A stretch of DNA of 64,000 bases from positions 2,208,001-2,272,000 of the forward strand of contig CAVSGO010000007.1 of NCBI GenBank assembly GCA_963727525.1, in the 5' to 3' direction. Both the position numbers and the translations under genes were made by a program. Below are positions 49,880-58,186 of the stretch, one piece after another (the first letter of the stretch is position 1; each line of letters begins with the position of its first letter). Source of the DNA: an uncultured bacterium. GTDB lineage: Bacteria > Krumholzibacteriota > Krumholzibacteriia > LZORAL124-64-63. Under the pieces are notes generated by a model. The model had not been told where the DNA came from and searched no databases. It worked only from the letters and a program-made list of their open reading frames with translations.

Positions 49880-50107
49880 CTACTTCCGCGGCATCAGCGC
49901 GCGCAGCTTCTCATACGCCTTCTGCTGCGCGTCCGGGCCGTTCTCGCCGGTGACGTCGGCGGGGAGAATAGCCTTGTCGTCGACGTCGACGGTATGCACG
50001 TCGCCGTCGTCGTCGGTCTGCATGTGGAGCTGGTCGCCGAGGTCCTGGTTGGGGATCGCCACCGAGAGGATGTTGCCGGTGGCGTCGCAATGAACGAAAA
50101 CTCGCAT
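49880..50107 (-). CDS. hypothetical protein (75 aa, acidic)
   Basis: MRVFVHCDATGNILSVAIP...; RBS GAGGGAG; coding-like codon usage; 11 nt after the upstream gene. Confidence 0.7.
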   Translation of the reverse strand: MRVFVHCDATGNILSVAIPNQDLGDQLHMQTDDDGDVHTVDVDDKAILPADVTGENGPDAQQKAYEKLRALMPRK

Positions 50108-50118
50108 GGTCGGCTCCC

Positions 50119-50418
50119 TCATTCGCGGATGGTCGCCATGTGGATGGCGTACTTGGCCGACTTGGCGCCGGTGTTCTTGACCCAGAAGTGCACTTCCTTC
50201 TCGAAGCGGTGACCGTCGTAGTTCTCTCGATATTCCACGCGCGTCACCTCCACGCGAGCCGAGTCGCCCGGGCTGGGCGGGATGGTCAACGGGATCGACG
50301 CATCCACGCTGAACGCCCACACCCGCTCGGCGGCGGCGTTGTTCCACCACCAGTGTTGGGTCGTGCCGGGGTTGATGGCGGTGATATGACCGAGATGGGT
50401 GAACGAGACACTGGCCAT
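50119..50418 (-). CDS. hypothetical protein (99 aa, Trp/His-rich, all-beta-like)
   Basis: MASVSFTHLGH...QHWWWNNA...EVHFWVKN; RBS GAGGAG; strong GC3 bias. Confidence 0.78.
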   Translation of the reverse strand: MASVSFTHLGHITAINPGTTQHWWWNNAAAERVWAFSVDASIPLTIPPSPGDSARVEVTRVEYRENYDGHRFEKEVHFWVKNTGAKSAKYAIHMATIRE

Positions 50419-50769
50419 GGCGGATCTCCTCTGCGATGGGATCAGGATCGATCCCTATACAGGATCATATTTATCGCCTCAGGTACAGTGAAAACGGCTG
50501 ATCTTCAACGAAATGCGCCGATCGCGCGTCTCTGAGGCGGGAATGCGCGTGGGACGACGGCGAGGATGAAGCCAAGTCGAAATCGCGTGGGTGTCGCGCC
50601 CGGGATGAGGACCTGATACAATGAAATCGGCGAACGGAAGGCGGCGGGGATATTACCAGATTGCTCCGGTATGATCCACGGCGAAGGGTCTCGGCGCGAC
50701 GCAGTGATGCGATGAGAGGGGAACATGCGGGGATATCCATGAGCCGTGCTGGTGGCGACGCTCGCCCCG

Positions 50770-50852
50770 GCCGTCGCGGACGACGCCGCCTATTCCATCG
50801 GCGAGAGCACACATCGATCGCGTGCTATGACGTCACGGTTCTCGCGATCCCC
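50770..50852 (+). pseudogene. frameshifted relic paralogous to the N-terminus of the downstream LVIVD protein
   Basis: AVADDAAYSIGES(fs)TSIACYDVTVLAIP aligns with AVVGSAAYSIGTGDAMVAVYDLSDLAHP (51249-51332). 83 vs 84 nt, i.e. a 1-nt deletion. Confidence 0.65.
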
Positions 50853-51107
50853 CCGGGCGAGTCGCCCGGCACGCATCGACCGTCGGTCACGTCGTCCAGG
50901 TACTTCCGTCCTACGGGCCAAGCGACGAGAGGCCAATCACGCTTGCGTCACTTCCGTGTTGCGACAGGAAGCGCGAGAGATACGGGGCAAACCTCGATTT
51001 CCGCACTCGAGCCCGCGTTCTGCAGTATCATCAACTAAGAAAATTCAGGAATGGCGCTCGGCAGATCCGACCAACCTGCTCCGACCCCAACGCCCGGGAG
51101 GAGTCTC

Positions 51108-53285
51108 ATGCGTCCCGCCACGACCGTCATGCTGACCGTGATCCTTGCTGGCGCCGGCGCCGCCGCGGCCCTCGATTGCTTCGACTACCCCGGCGCGTTT
51201 CAACCCCAGGGCCGGGTGGACGTGGTCCACAACGCGCCCGCCGAGCTCGCCGTCGTCGGCAGCGCCGCCTACTCGATCGGGACTGGCGATGCTATGGTGG
51301 CGGTGTACGACCTGTCCGATCTCGCCCACCCGCACCAGGTGGGGACCTTGCCGCTGCCGGCCGCGCCCCGGGCCCTGGCCGCCGGGAGCGCGGGCCTACT
51401 GGTCGCCGTTCCCGGCCTCGGCCTCGTCCACTACGACCTCGCCGATCTCCTCGCCCCCGTGGCCCGCGATACTCTCGACCTCGGAGCGGACGTGGTGGAC
51501 GTGGCCCTCTCCGGTGATCTCGCCGCGGTCGGCCTGCTGGGCGGTACGGCACGGATGGTGACGCTCGCGTACCCGTTCGGGATGATCGGCCTGGGCAGCG
51601 TGAGCTCCCCATCCGGCGTGACCGCCGTGGCTCTCGCTGGCAACCGCCTCGGCGTGGGCACAGCGACGGTCGGCGTGCTGATCTACGACATCAGTGATCC
51701 GTCCGCGCCGTCCGGCCGCGGCTCGGTGGGCTTTCCGAGCGCCGTCGTGAAGCTGGATGCCCGCGATGGACTGCTCGTGGCCACCGGACTCGCGCCCGGC
51801 GGCGGCTGGCTCATGGACGCGTACACCATCGACGACGCGCCATACCTGCTGGCGACCCTGAGCGATACCGACGCGGCCGCGATCGCGCCGACGCCCCGCG
51901 TCACGGCGGCCGACCGCGTGATCCTGTCCGCGTCCGCTGGTGGCGTGCGCGAGTACCGCGTGGACGTCGCGGGATTCGCGTTAACCGGACTCGTCCCGGG
52001 AGATCTCGTCGATGCGGCCCGCGACGCGACCCGATTCGTCGCGCTGTCGCCCGACGGCCTCATCACGGGGTCGGATGGTGTCTTCCCCCCGGCACCGATC
52101 ATCGCCGAGGGCGCCGGCACGGTCATGATGTCCCGCAACGGGTTCATCTACTCGGCTCAAAGCGAGTTCATCAAGATCATCGACGTCAGCGATCCGGCGG
52201 CGGCGTCGGTTGTCGGCGATCTCGTCTTCGGTTCCATCCATTCGGACAAGCGGGCGCTCGCGCTCGCAGGCACCGTGCTCTACGTGGGCAACGCCCTGTC
52301 TTCGGTCGAGATGTTCGACGTGCAGGATCCGACAAACCCCGTGGCGGCCGGGTCGTTCGACGTGGCGGGCGGAGCCTCGGGACTCGTGGTGGACGGCAAC
52401 GCGCTCTACGTGGCATCACCGGGCGGCACACTCGCGATCTACGACGTCACCGATCCGGCCACACCGCAGATCCTCGGCGCGCTCGTGGCAGACATCTCGG
52501 TACACCCGCACATGGTCAAGCGCGGCGACACGCTGCTGCTGAGCGGGCCGACCTACGGGATCGATGTCTACGACGTCTCCGATCCCCAGGCGCCGGTCCA
52601 CGCCGGCGTGCTTTCCGGACGCAACTACATCTCCGCGCTCGCGATCGCGGGAGACCGTCTGCTGGTGACCGATCGCGTGCTGCCCGTCCAGGTATGGCGG
52701 TGGAACCCGACGTCCCGATCATGGGATCTCGCCGGCGAGGTGCCCTTCGCCCGCACGCTGGACATCGCCGTCGCCGGAGACGTGGGCTACGTGCTCCATG
52801 AATTCGGCAACGTCGCGGTGCTCGATCTGAGCGGCACCGGCGTCCCGTCGATCACCGCCCTCCACCCCACGGGCGATACGACGCGCGCCTCCTTGCTGGC
52901 CACCGGGTCCTGGTGGTCCGCGACCGACTTCGCCCGTGAGTTCCGCATCTTCCCCCCCGCATGCGTCGAGGCGCCGATGGCGGTGGAGCCAGGGCCGGTG
53001 CCGGCACCCGCCGCAGCGACGCTGAACGCCGCACCCAACCCCTTCAACCCGCGCACGACGTTCGACTTCGCGTTGCCCCGCGCCGGTCACGCGACGTTGC
53101 GCGTGTACGATCTGCGCGGCCAGCTCGTCACGACGCTCATCGACGGGCGGCTAGACGCGGGACCGCAGCAGGTCGACTGGAACGGCACGGATGCGGCCGG
53201 GCGGCCGTTGCCGTCGGGCGTGTATCACGCGCGGCTGACATCGGCAGGAGTCGTCGCGAGTCGCGCGGTCAGTCTGCTGAAATAG
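51108..53285 (+). CDS. secreted LVIVD-repeat beta-propeller protein with C-terminal FlgD-Ig/T9SS-like domain
   Basis: Repeats IYDISDPSAP, IIDVSDPAA, MFDVQDPTNP, IYDVTDPATP, VYDVSDPQAP. Ends APNPFNP...YDLRGQLV...SGVYHARL...VSLLK*. Confidence 0.88.
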   Translation: MRPATTVMLTVILAGAGAAAALDCFDYPGAFQPQGRVDVVHNAPAELAVVGSAAYSIGTGDAMVAVYDLSDLAHPHQVGTLPLPAAPRALAAGSAGLLVAVPGLGLVHYDLADLLAPVARDTLDLGADVVDVALSGDLAAVGLLGGTARMVTLAYPFGMIGLGSVSSPSGVTAVALAGNRLGVGTATVGVLIYDISDPSAPSGRGSVGFPSAVVKLDARDGLLVATGLAPGGGWLMDAYTIDDAPYLLATLSDTDAAAIAPTPRVTAADRVILSASAGGVREYRVDVAGFALTGLVPGDLVDAARDATRFVALSPDGLITGSDGVFPPAPIIAEGAGTVMMSRNGFIYSAQSEFIKIIDVSDPAAASVVGDLVFGSIHSDKRALALAGTVLYVGNALSSVEMFDVQDPTNPVAAGSFDVAGGASGLVVDGNALYVASPGGTLAIYDVTDPATPQILGALVADISVHPHMVKRGDTLLLSGPTYGIDVYDVSDPQAPVHAGVLSGRNYISALAIAGDRLLVTDRVLPVQVWRWNPTSRSWDLAGEVPFARTLDIAVAGDVGYVLHEFGNVAVLDLSGTGVPSITALHPTGDTTRASLLATGSWWSATDFAREFRIFPPACVEAPMAVEPGPVPAPAAATLNAAPNPFNPRTTFDFALPRAGHATLRVYDLRGQLVTTLIDGRLDAGPQQVDWNGTDAAGRPLPSGVYHARLTSAGVVASRAVSLLK

Positions 53286-53414
53286 TGGCACGCTGGCTTT
53301 GCCCCATCGCGCCCGCTGGTCGATGTGCGCTCTCAACGCGGCCACGACTCGCGCGGACGCGCCCGGCGCCGGCGCCAACGCGTTGAGCAGCCGGATCGGC
53401 CCTGTCACGATCGC

Positions 53415-53810
53415 TCACTTTTCGCGCGCCACGCGGATGCTCGTCTCGATCTCGCTGCGCAGCTGCTTCTTCACCGCGCACAGGTTCATCGCGTGGGCGA
53501 TGGCGCGATCGTACTTCTCGGGGAAGTCCGTGGCGACATGCAGCACGAGGTCGAGCCGCGAGAGCCGGCCGTCGTCACCGCGCGTGAGGTCCAGGTCCAG
53601 GCCTCGCGGCGCCGCGAGATGGCGCTCATCGCAGAACGACTTGGCGTAGATCCCCGCACACGTGGCGATCGACGCCAGGAAGAGCTGGAACGGCTCGGGC
53701 GCCGCACCCTCGCCGCCGCTGGCGACGGCCTGATCGGTGGGGATGCGATGACCGAGAATGGCGGCGTCGACGCGCTTGCCGCCGGGGAAGCTGACCTCGA
53801 CCAGGGGCAC
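53415..53810 (-). CDS. OsmC family protein
   Basis: IPTDQ..SGGEGAAPEPFQLFLASIATCAG...LCAVK (two Cys). Confidence 0.9.
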   Translation of the reverse strand: MPLVEVSFPGGKRVDAAILGHRIPTDQAVASGGEGAAPEPFQLFLASIATCAGIYAKSFCDERHLAAPRGLDLDLTRGDDGRLSRLDLVLHVATDFPEKYDRAIAHAMNLCAVKKQLRSEIETSIRVAREK

Positions 53811-54210
53811 GGTGGATTCTCCTTGGCTCGTGGGAGGCTGGTGCGGAAGCAGCCCGCACGCATCCGCGAGTATACCTCGATACTAGGGAATCGTGGCCCC
53901 GGAGACCACGGATTTCGGGAGGGTCCGGGCGGCCCTCGCGCATCAGCCGGGCCTCGACCTCGGCCCCGCCGCGTACGAGCGGGTATCAGGGCAGGCGGTG
54001 CACCGGCGGCATCGCCCCCCGGGGGGCGTTATCGGAGTAATCAATTGTTTTATTTTCACTTACGATATTTGATGTCCGGCGGCCAGCCGGGGCAGTTCGA
54101 CATTACCCATTCGCTGAGTCTATCACCGGCGCCGTCGCCAATGGATTTGAGATCAACAATTAACACCATTAATCACTAAATATATTTTCGCCTTCATGGC
54201 GAAAAATCAC

Positions 54211-54240
54211 CTGGCAAAACAGACAAATGTCTATTATCCT
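54211..54240 (+). promoter_or_regulatory. imuA promoter with candidate LexA operator AGAC-AAAT-GTCT
   Basis: CTGGCA, 18 nt, TATCCT. Palindrome at 54221-54232, same offset from the -35 as in the lexA promoter. Confidence 0.7.
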
Positions 54241-54284
54241 GAGAGCCACCCCCGCGCCTGCCGCGGGGCCGGAAGGAGGATGGC

Positions 54285-54929
54285 GTGGCGGAACCTGCTC
54301 GTGATCTCGCGGCCATCCTCGAGCATCCGGCGCTGATCCGGCTGCGGGTGCCGGCACCCGAGACAGAGGCGCGGCCGACGTGGTCGCGGGCGGAGCTGGT
54401 CGGCCGGCTCTGCGAACTCACGCCGGGAGCGGCGTCGGCGGTGCTGAGCGCGGCGTGTCTACTCGTGCGGGAGGTGCAGGAGGCGGGCGAGCCGGCGGCG
54501 TGGATCGCCACCGGACGCGATCTCGTCTACCCGCCCGACGTGGCGGCCAGCGGCGTCGACCTGGCGGCCCTGCCGGTGGTGCGGGCGCCGGACAGTACGG
54601 CGGCGGGGCGCGCAGCCGATCTGCTGCTGCGCTCGGGAGCCTTCGCGCTGGTGGTGCTGGACCTTGGCCCGGGCGCGCGGCTCGCCGCGCCGCAGCAGAG
54701 CCGGCTGGTGCAACTCGCGCTCAAGCACGAGGCGGTGGTGCTCTGCCTCACCACCACACCGCCCGACGCGCCGTCGCTCGGCTCGCTGGTGTCGCTGCGG
54801 GCCACGGCCACGCGGCGGCGGCTGGGGCCGGGGCGGTACGCGTGCGAGATCACGGCGCTCAAGGACAAGCGGCGCGGCCCCGGCTGGCGCTGGCGAGAGG
54901 TGTGTCATGGCCCGGATGGATTGCTCTGA
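54285..54929 (+). CDS. imuA: ImuA (RecA-like translesion synthesis accessory protein)
   Basis: GRLCEL with a degenerate Walker A, YPPDVAASGVDL, LLRSGAFALVVLDL. Immediately precedes imuB. Confidence 0.85.
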   Translation: MAEPARDLAAILEHPALIRLRVPAPETEARPTWSRAELVGRLCELTPGAASAVLSAACLLVREVQEAGEPAAWIATGRDLVYPPDVAASGVDLAALPVVRAPDSTAAGRAADLLLRSGAFALVVLDLGPGARLAAPQQSRLVQLALKHEAVVLCLTTTPPDAPSLGSLVSLRATATRRRLGPGRYACEITALKDKRRGPGWRWREVCHGPDGLL

Positions 54930-56385
54930 ACGACGCGATCATGCCGACCGTCTGGCCTGCGTCGATCTGCCCGCCTGGCCGCTGCAGATCCTGCTGCGCC
55001 GTCAACCCGCGTGGCGCGAAGGGGCGGCCGCGGTGACGGCCGAGGACAGCCCGCAGGCGCCGCTGCTGTGGGTGAACGAGGCGGCGATGCGCGGCGGCGT
55101 GTTGCCGGGCATGCGCTACGCCACGGCCCTCTCGCTCGATCGCAGCCTGCGCGCCGGTACGGTGTCGCCCGCCGAGATCACGGCGGCGAACACGCGGCTG
55201 CACCGGCACCTGTTGCGCTTCAGCCCGCGCGTCGAGCCAGCGGCGCACGAACCGGGCGTGTTCTGGCTCGACGCGCGTGGGCTGGTGCGGCTGCACGGGT
55301 CGCTCGCACGCTGGGCCGAGCGGCTGCAGCGGCGTCTGGTGCGCGCGGGCTTCGCGGTGAACGTGGCGGTGGGCTTCGGGCGTTTCGGTAGTTATTGCCT
55401 GGCGCGCACACGCGCGGGCGTGACCATCGCCGCGACGCCGGCCGACGAGCGGCGCGGCCTGCGCGACGTGCCGCTGGCGCGGCTGCGCCTCGACCCGCGC
55501 CTGCGCGACGACCTGCGGCGGCTCGGCGTGGTCACCGTGGGCGAGCTGATCGATCTGCCCGCCGTCGGCGTGGGCGCGCGCTTCGGCGAGGCCGCGGCGG
55601 CGCTGCACCGGCTCGCACGCGGCGACAGTTTCGCGCCCCTGCAACCGCAGCGGCCGCCCGAGGCGCCACGCACCGGCGAGCTGCTCGACGAACCGGAGAC
55701 CGACGCCTGGCGTCTGCTCTTCCTGATCAAGCGCTTGCTGCACCCGCTGCTGCCGCCCCTGGCCGACCGCGGCCGCGCGGTGAGCACCCTGCACCTCGAG
55801 CTGAAGCTGGCCGACCGTGCCGGCACCCGCCGGCGCGAGACGCTGGAGCCGGCCGCCCCCACTCTCGACGCCGTGCTGCTGCTCGAGCTGGTGCGCCTGC
55901 GCCTGGAACGCCTCGATCTCGCCGCGGGCATCGAGCAGGTGACGCTCACGCTCGCCGACACGGTGGCACCATCGGGCGCGCTCGATCTCTTCGGCCAGCA
56001 GCGCCGCCGCAACCTCACCGCCGCCGATCGCGCGCTGGCCCGCGTGCGCGCCGAGCTGGGCGACCAGGCCGTCGTGCACGCCGAGCTGCAGGGCGCGCAC
56101 CGGCCCGAGGCGCGCTTTCGCTGGACGCCGCTCACCACGCTGCCGGCCGCGGCCCCTCGCCCCCGCGGTCCGCGGCTGGTGCGGCGTCTGCGGTGGCATC
56201 CGCAGCCGGTGGCGGCTCCGCGCAGCGAGGACCTCTGCGGCGGCCCTTATCTCATCGCGGAAGGCTGGTGGCGCGGCGAGACGCGGCGCATCTACCTCTT
56301 TGCCGCGGCGCGCGACGGCGCCCTGCACTGGCTCTTCTACGACCCGCGGCAGCGCCGCTGGTACCGGCAGGGCGGGGTGGAATAG
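54907..56385 (+). CDS. imuB: ImuB (catalytically inactive Y-family polymerase)
   Basis: LACVDLP.WPLQ, GVLPGM, RFSPRVE, FWLDARGL, LRRLGVVTVGEL, C-terminal GPYLIAEGWW...RWYRQGGVE. Confidence 0.9.
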   Translation: MARMDCSERRDHADRLACVDLPAWPLQILLRRQPAWREGAAAVTAEDSPQAPLLWVNEAAMRGGVLPGMRYATALSLDRSLRAGTVSPAEITAANTRLHRHLLRFSPRVEPAAHEPGVFWLDARGLVRLHGSLARWAERLQRRLVRAGFAVNVAVGFGRFGSYCLARTRAGVTIAATPADERRGLRDVPLARLRLDPRLRDDLRRLGVVTVGELIDLPAVGVGARFGEAAAALHRLARGDSFAPLQPQRPPEAPRTGELLDEPETDAWRLLFLIKRLLHPLLPPLADRGRAVSTLHLELKLADRAGTRRRETLEPAAPTLDAVLLLELVRLRLERLDLAAGIEQVTLTLADTVAPSGALDLFGQQRRRNLTAADRALARVRAELGDQAVVHAELQGAHRPEARFRWTPLTTLPAAAPRPRGPRLVRRLRWHPQPVAAPRSEDLCGGPYLIAEGWWRGETRRIYLFAAARDGALHWLFYDPRQRRWYRQGGVE

Positions 56386-56390
56386 TCCGG

Positions 56391-56416
56391 TGTACCTCGA
56401 CGATCTTCGAGGCACG
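56391..56416. repeat. 26-bp imperfect palindrome related to the TIRs of the 14441-14584 element
   Basis: TGTACCTCGA-CGATCT-TCGAGGCACG. 56395-56416 matches the reverse complement of the left TIR at 19/22. Confidence 0.55.
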
Positions 56417-56429
56417 CGTCGAATCAAGC

Positions 56430-56456
56430 TTCAGGCAACGGGACCCCGGCCGATAA
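56430..56456 (+). promoter_or_regulatory. sigma28-like promoter
   Basis: Perfect -10 GCCGATAA (56449-56456) with a weak TTCAG -35, upstream of the REC-PAS kinase. Confidence 0.45.
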
Positions 56457-56509
56457 AGAATCGTCGTATCCATCGAGCGCGTCCACGTCGCCTCACCCGG
56501 GAGACCTCC

Positions 56510-58186
56510 ATGGCTTGCCCGTCCGTCCGCCTTCTCCTGGTCGAGAGTGACGAGTCCGCCGCCCTCGCCATCCAGGATGCGCTCACGAGCTGCAAGATGA
56601 CGGCGTATTCCGTCCGCCACGCTACCAGCCTCGCGGCAGCGTCCGCCATAGTCCAGACCGAGGTCGTCGACATCGTCCTGGTGGCATTGATGCTGCCCGA
56701 CTCCGAGGGCGAAGACACCATCACCGTGCTCCGCCAGGCAACCCGCAACCGGGTCCCAATCATCGTCCTGACCGAGTCCGAGGCTTCGGACCTGATCACG
56801 CGCAGCTTGCAGATCGGCGCCCAGGACGTCGTGGCGAAGCACAGCTTCAGCAACGCCATGCTCTGCCGCACGATACAGTTCGCGATCCACCGCAAGCGCC
56901 TGGAAGTGAAGTTGCAGGAGCAAGCCCGGGTCACCGAGATCGTGATCTCCACCATCCCCCACTGCGTGTTCTGGAAGGACCGCGATTGCAACTACCTCGG
57001 CTGCAACCAGCAGTTCGCCACGGCCGCGGGTCTCGAATCTCCCGGCCAGATCGTCGGCATGAACGACTACCAGCTCGCCTGGAAGAAGGAGGAGTCGGAC
57101 TTCTACCGCTCCTGTGATCAGCAGGTCATGGACAGCGACACGCCCATGTTGAACTTCGCGGAAACACAGAAGACGGCCAGCGGTCAGGAGCTGAATCTCC
57201 TCACCAGCAAGGTGCCGCTCAAGAACGACGACGGGGCCGTGATCGGCATCCTCGGCATGTTCCTCGACATCACCGAACGCCGGCGGCTCGAGGAGAAGCT
57301 GGAGGAGCGCTCCCGGTCGCTCGAGGACATCAACAAGAAGCTGATGACCAGCCAGAGCCAGCTCGTGCAATCGGAGAAGATGGCGTCGATCGGCCAGCTC
57401 GCGGCCGGCGTGGCGCATGACATCAACAATCCGGTCGGGTTCGTGATGAGCAATCTCGGTACGCTCGCGGAATACCTGCAGACGCTCCGCACCGCACTGG
57501 ACGCCTACCGGGCACTGGCCGCCCACATCGATGACGACCACGACGACGAGCGCACGCGCCTGCGCGCCGAGATCGCCAGCATCGAGGCCCGGGAAGACCT
57601 CGGATTCATCCTGGAAGACGCGATCCAGCTCCTCGATGAATCCCAGGACGGGGCCAAGCGCATCAAGGAGATCGTGCAGAACCTGCGGAGCTTCGCGCGT
57701 CTCGACGAGGCGCAGGTCGCCGAGGTCGACCTGAACAAGGGTATCGAATCGACGCTGAACATCGTCTGGAACGAGCTGAAATACAAGTGCACCGTCACGC
57801 GGGACTACGGCGACATCCCCACGCTGCGCTGTTTCCCCGGCCAGCTCAACCAGGTGTTCATGAACCTGCTCGTCAACGCCGGCCAGGCGATCGAGGAGAA
57901 GGGCGAGATCTCCATCAAGACCTGGGTCGACGATGACGAGATCCACGTGCGGATCAGCGACACGGGCCAGGGCATCCCGACGGAGAATCTCTCGCGATTG
58001 TTCGATCCGTTCTTCACCACGAAGCCGGTCGGCAAGGGCACGGGGCTGGGGCTGTCGGTGTCCTATGGGATCGTCCAGAAGCACGGCGGGCGCATCGAGG
58101 TCGCGAGCGAGGTGGGCAAGGGCACGGCGTTCACCGTGTCGTTGCCGCTGGTGGGTGCGACGGATGCGGTGATACAGCCTGCGTGA
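56510..58186 (+). CDS. cytoplasmic pseudoREC-PAS histidine kinase (NtrB-like)
   Basis: Degenerate REC, PAS ([16 protein letters not shown]), [38 protein letters not shown]. Confidence 0.92.
   Translation: MACPSVRLLLVESDESAALAIQDALTSCKMTAYSVRHATSLAAASAIVQTEVVDIVLVALMLPDSEGEDTITVLRQATRNRVPIIVLTESEASDLITRSLQIGAQDVVAKHSFSNAMLCRTIQFAIHRKRLEVKLQEQARVTEIVISTIPHCVFWKDRDCNYLGCNQQFATAAGLESPGQIVGMNDYQLAWKKEESDFYRSCDQQVMDSDTPMLNFAETQKTASGQELNLLTSKVPLKNDDGAVIGILGMFLDITERRRLEEKLEERSRSLEDINKKLMTSQSQLVQSEKMASIGQLAAGVAHDINNPVGFVMSNLGTLAEYLQTLRTALDAYRALAAHIDDDHDDERTRLRAEIASIEAREDLGFILEDAIQLLDESQDGAKRIKEIVQNLRSFARLDEAQVAEVDLNKGIESTLNIVWNELKYKCTVTRDYGDIPTLRCFPGQLNQVFMNLLVNAGQAIEEKGEISIKTWVDDDEIHVRISDTGQGIPTENLSRLFDPFFTTKPVGKGTGLGLSVSYGIVQKHGGRIEVASEVGKGTAFTVSLPLVGATDAVIQPA

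Noticed and set aside
50984-51016. GGGCAAACC as the start of a c-di-GMP-I riboswitch
   Set aside because: Lacks the GAAA tetraloop and the GACGCAAA/P2 elements of the GEMM motif.
56390-56401. GTG TAC CTC GAC as a dnaE2 start remnant
   Set aside because: Only about 3 codons of weak similarity, better explained as part of the TIR-related palindrome.
18671-56509. Extended N-termini in the ORF track (liuD 20812, MFP 27179, pgl 35633, zwf 39569, rpiB 44678, 48189, 48650, imuB 54664, kinase 56300) suggesting fusions
   Set aside because: Extensions overlap neighbouring genes and are low-complexity. Internal starts with RBSs or family-typical N-termini fit better.
58131-58186. 56-nt convergent overlap of the kinase and GT-C-like genes as a designed antisense system
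   Set aside because: Both overlapping tails are short and low-information. Most simply explained by stop-codon drift in a GC-rich genome.
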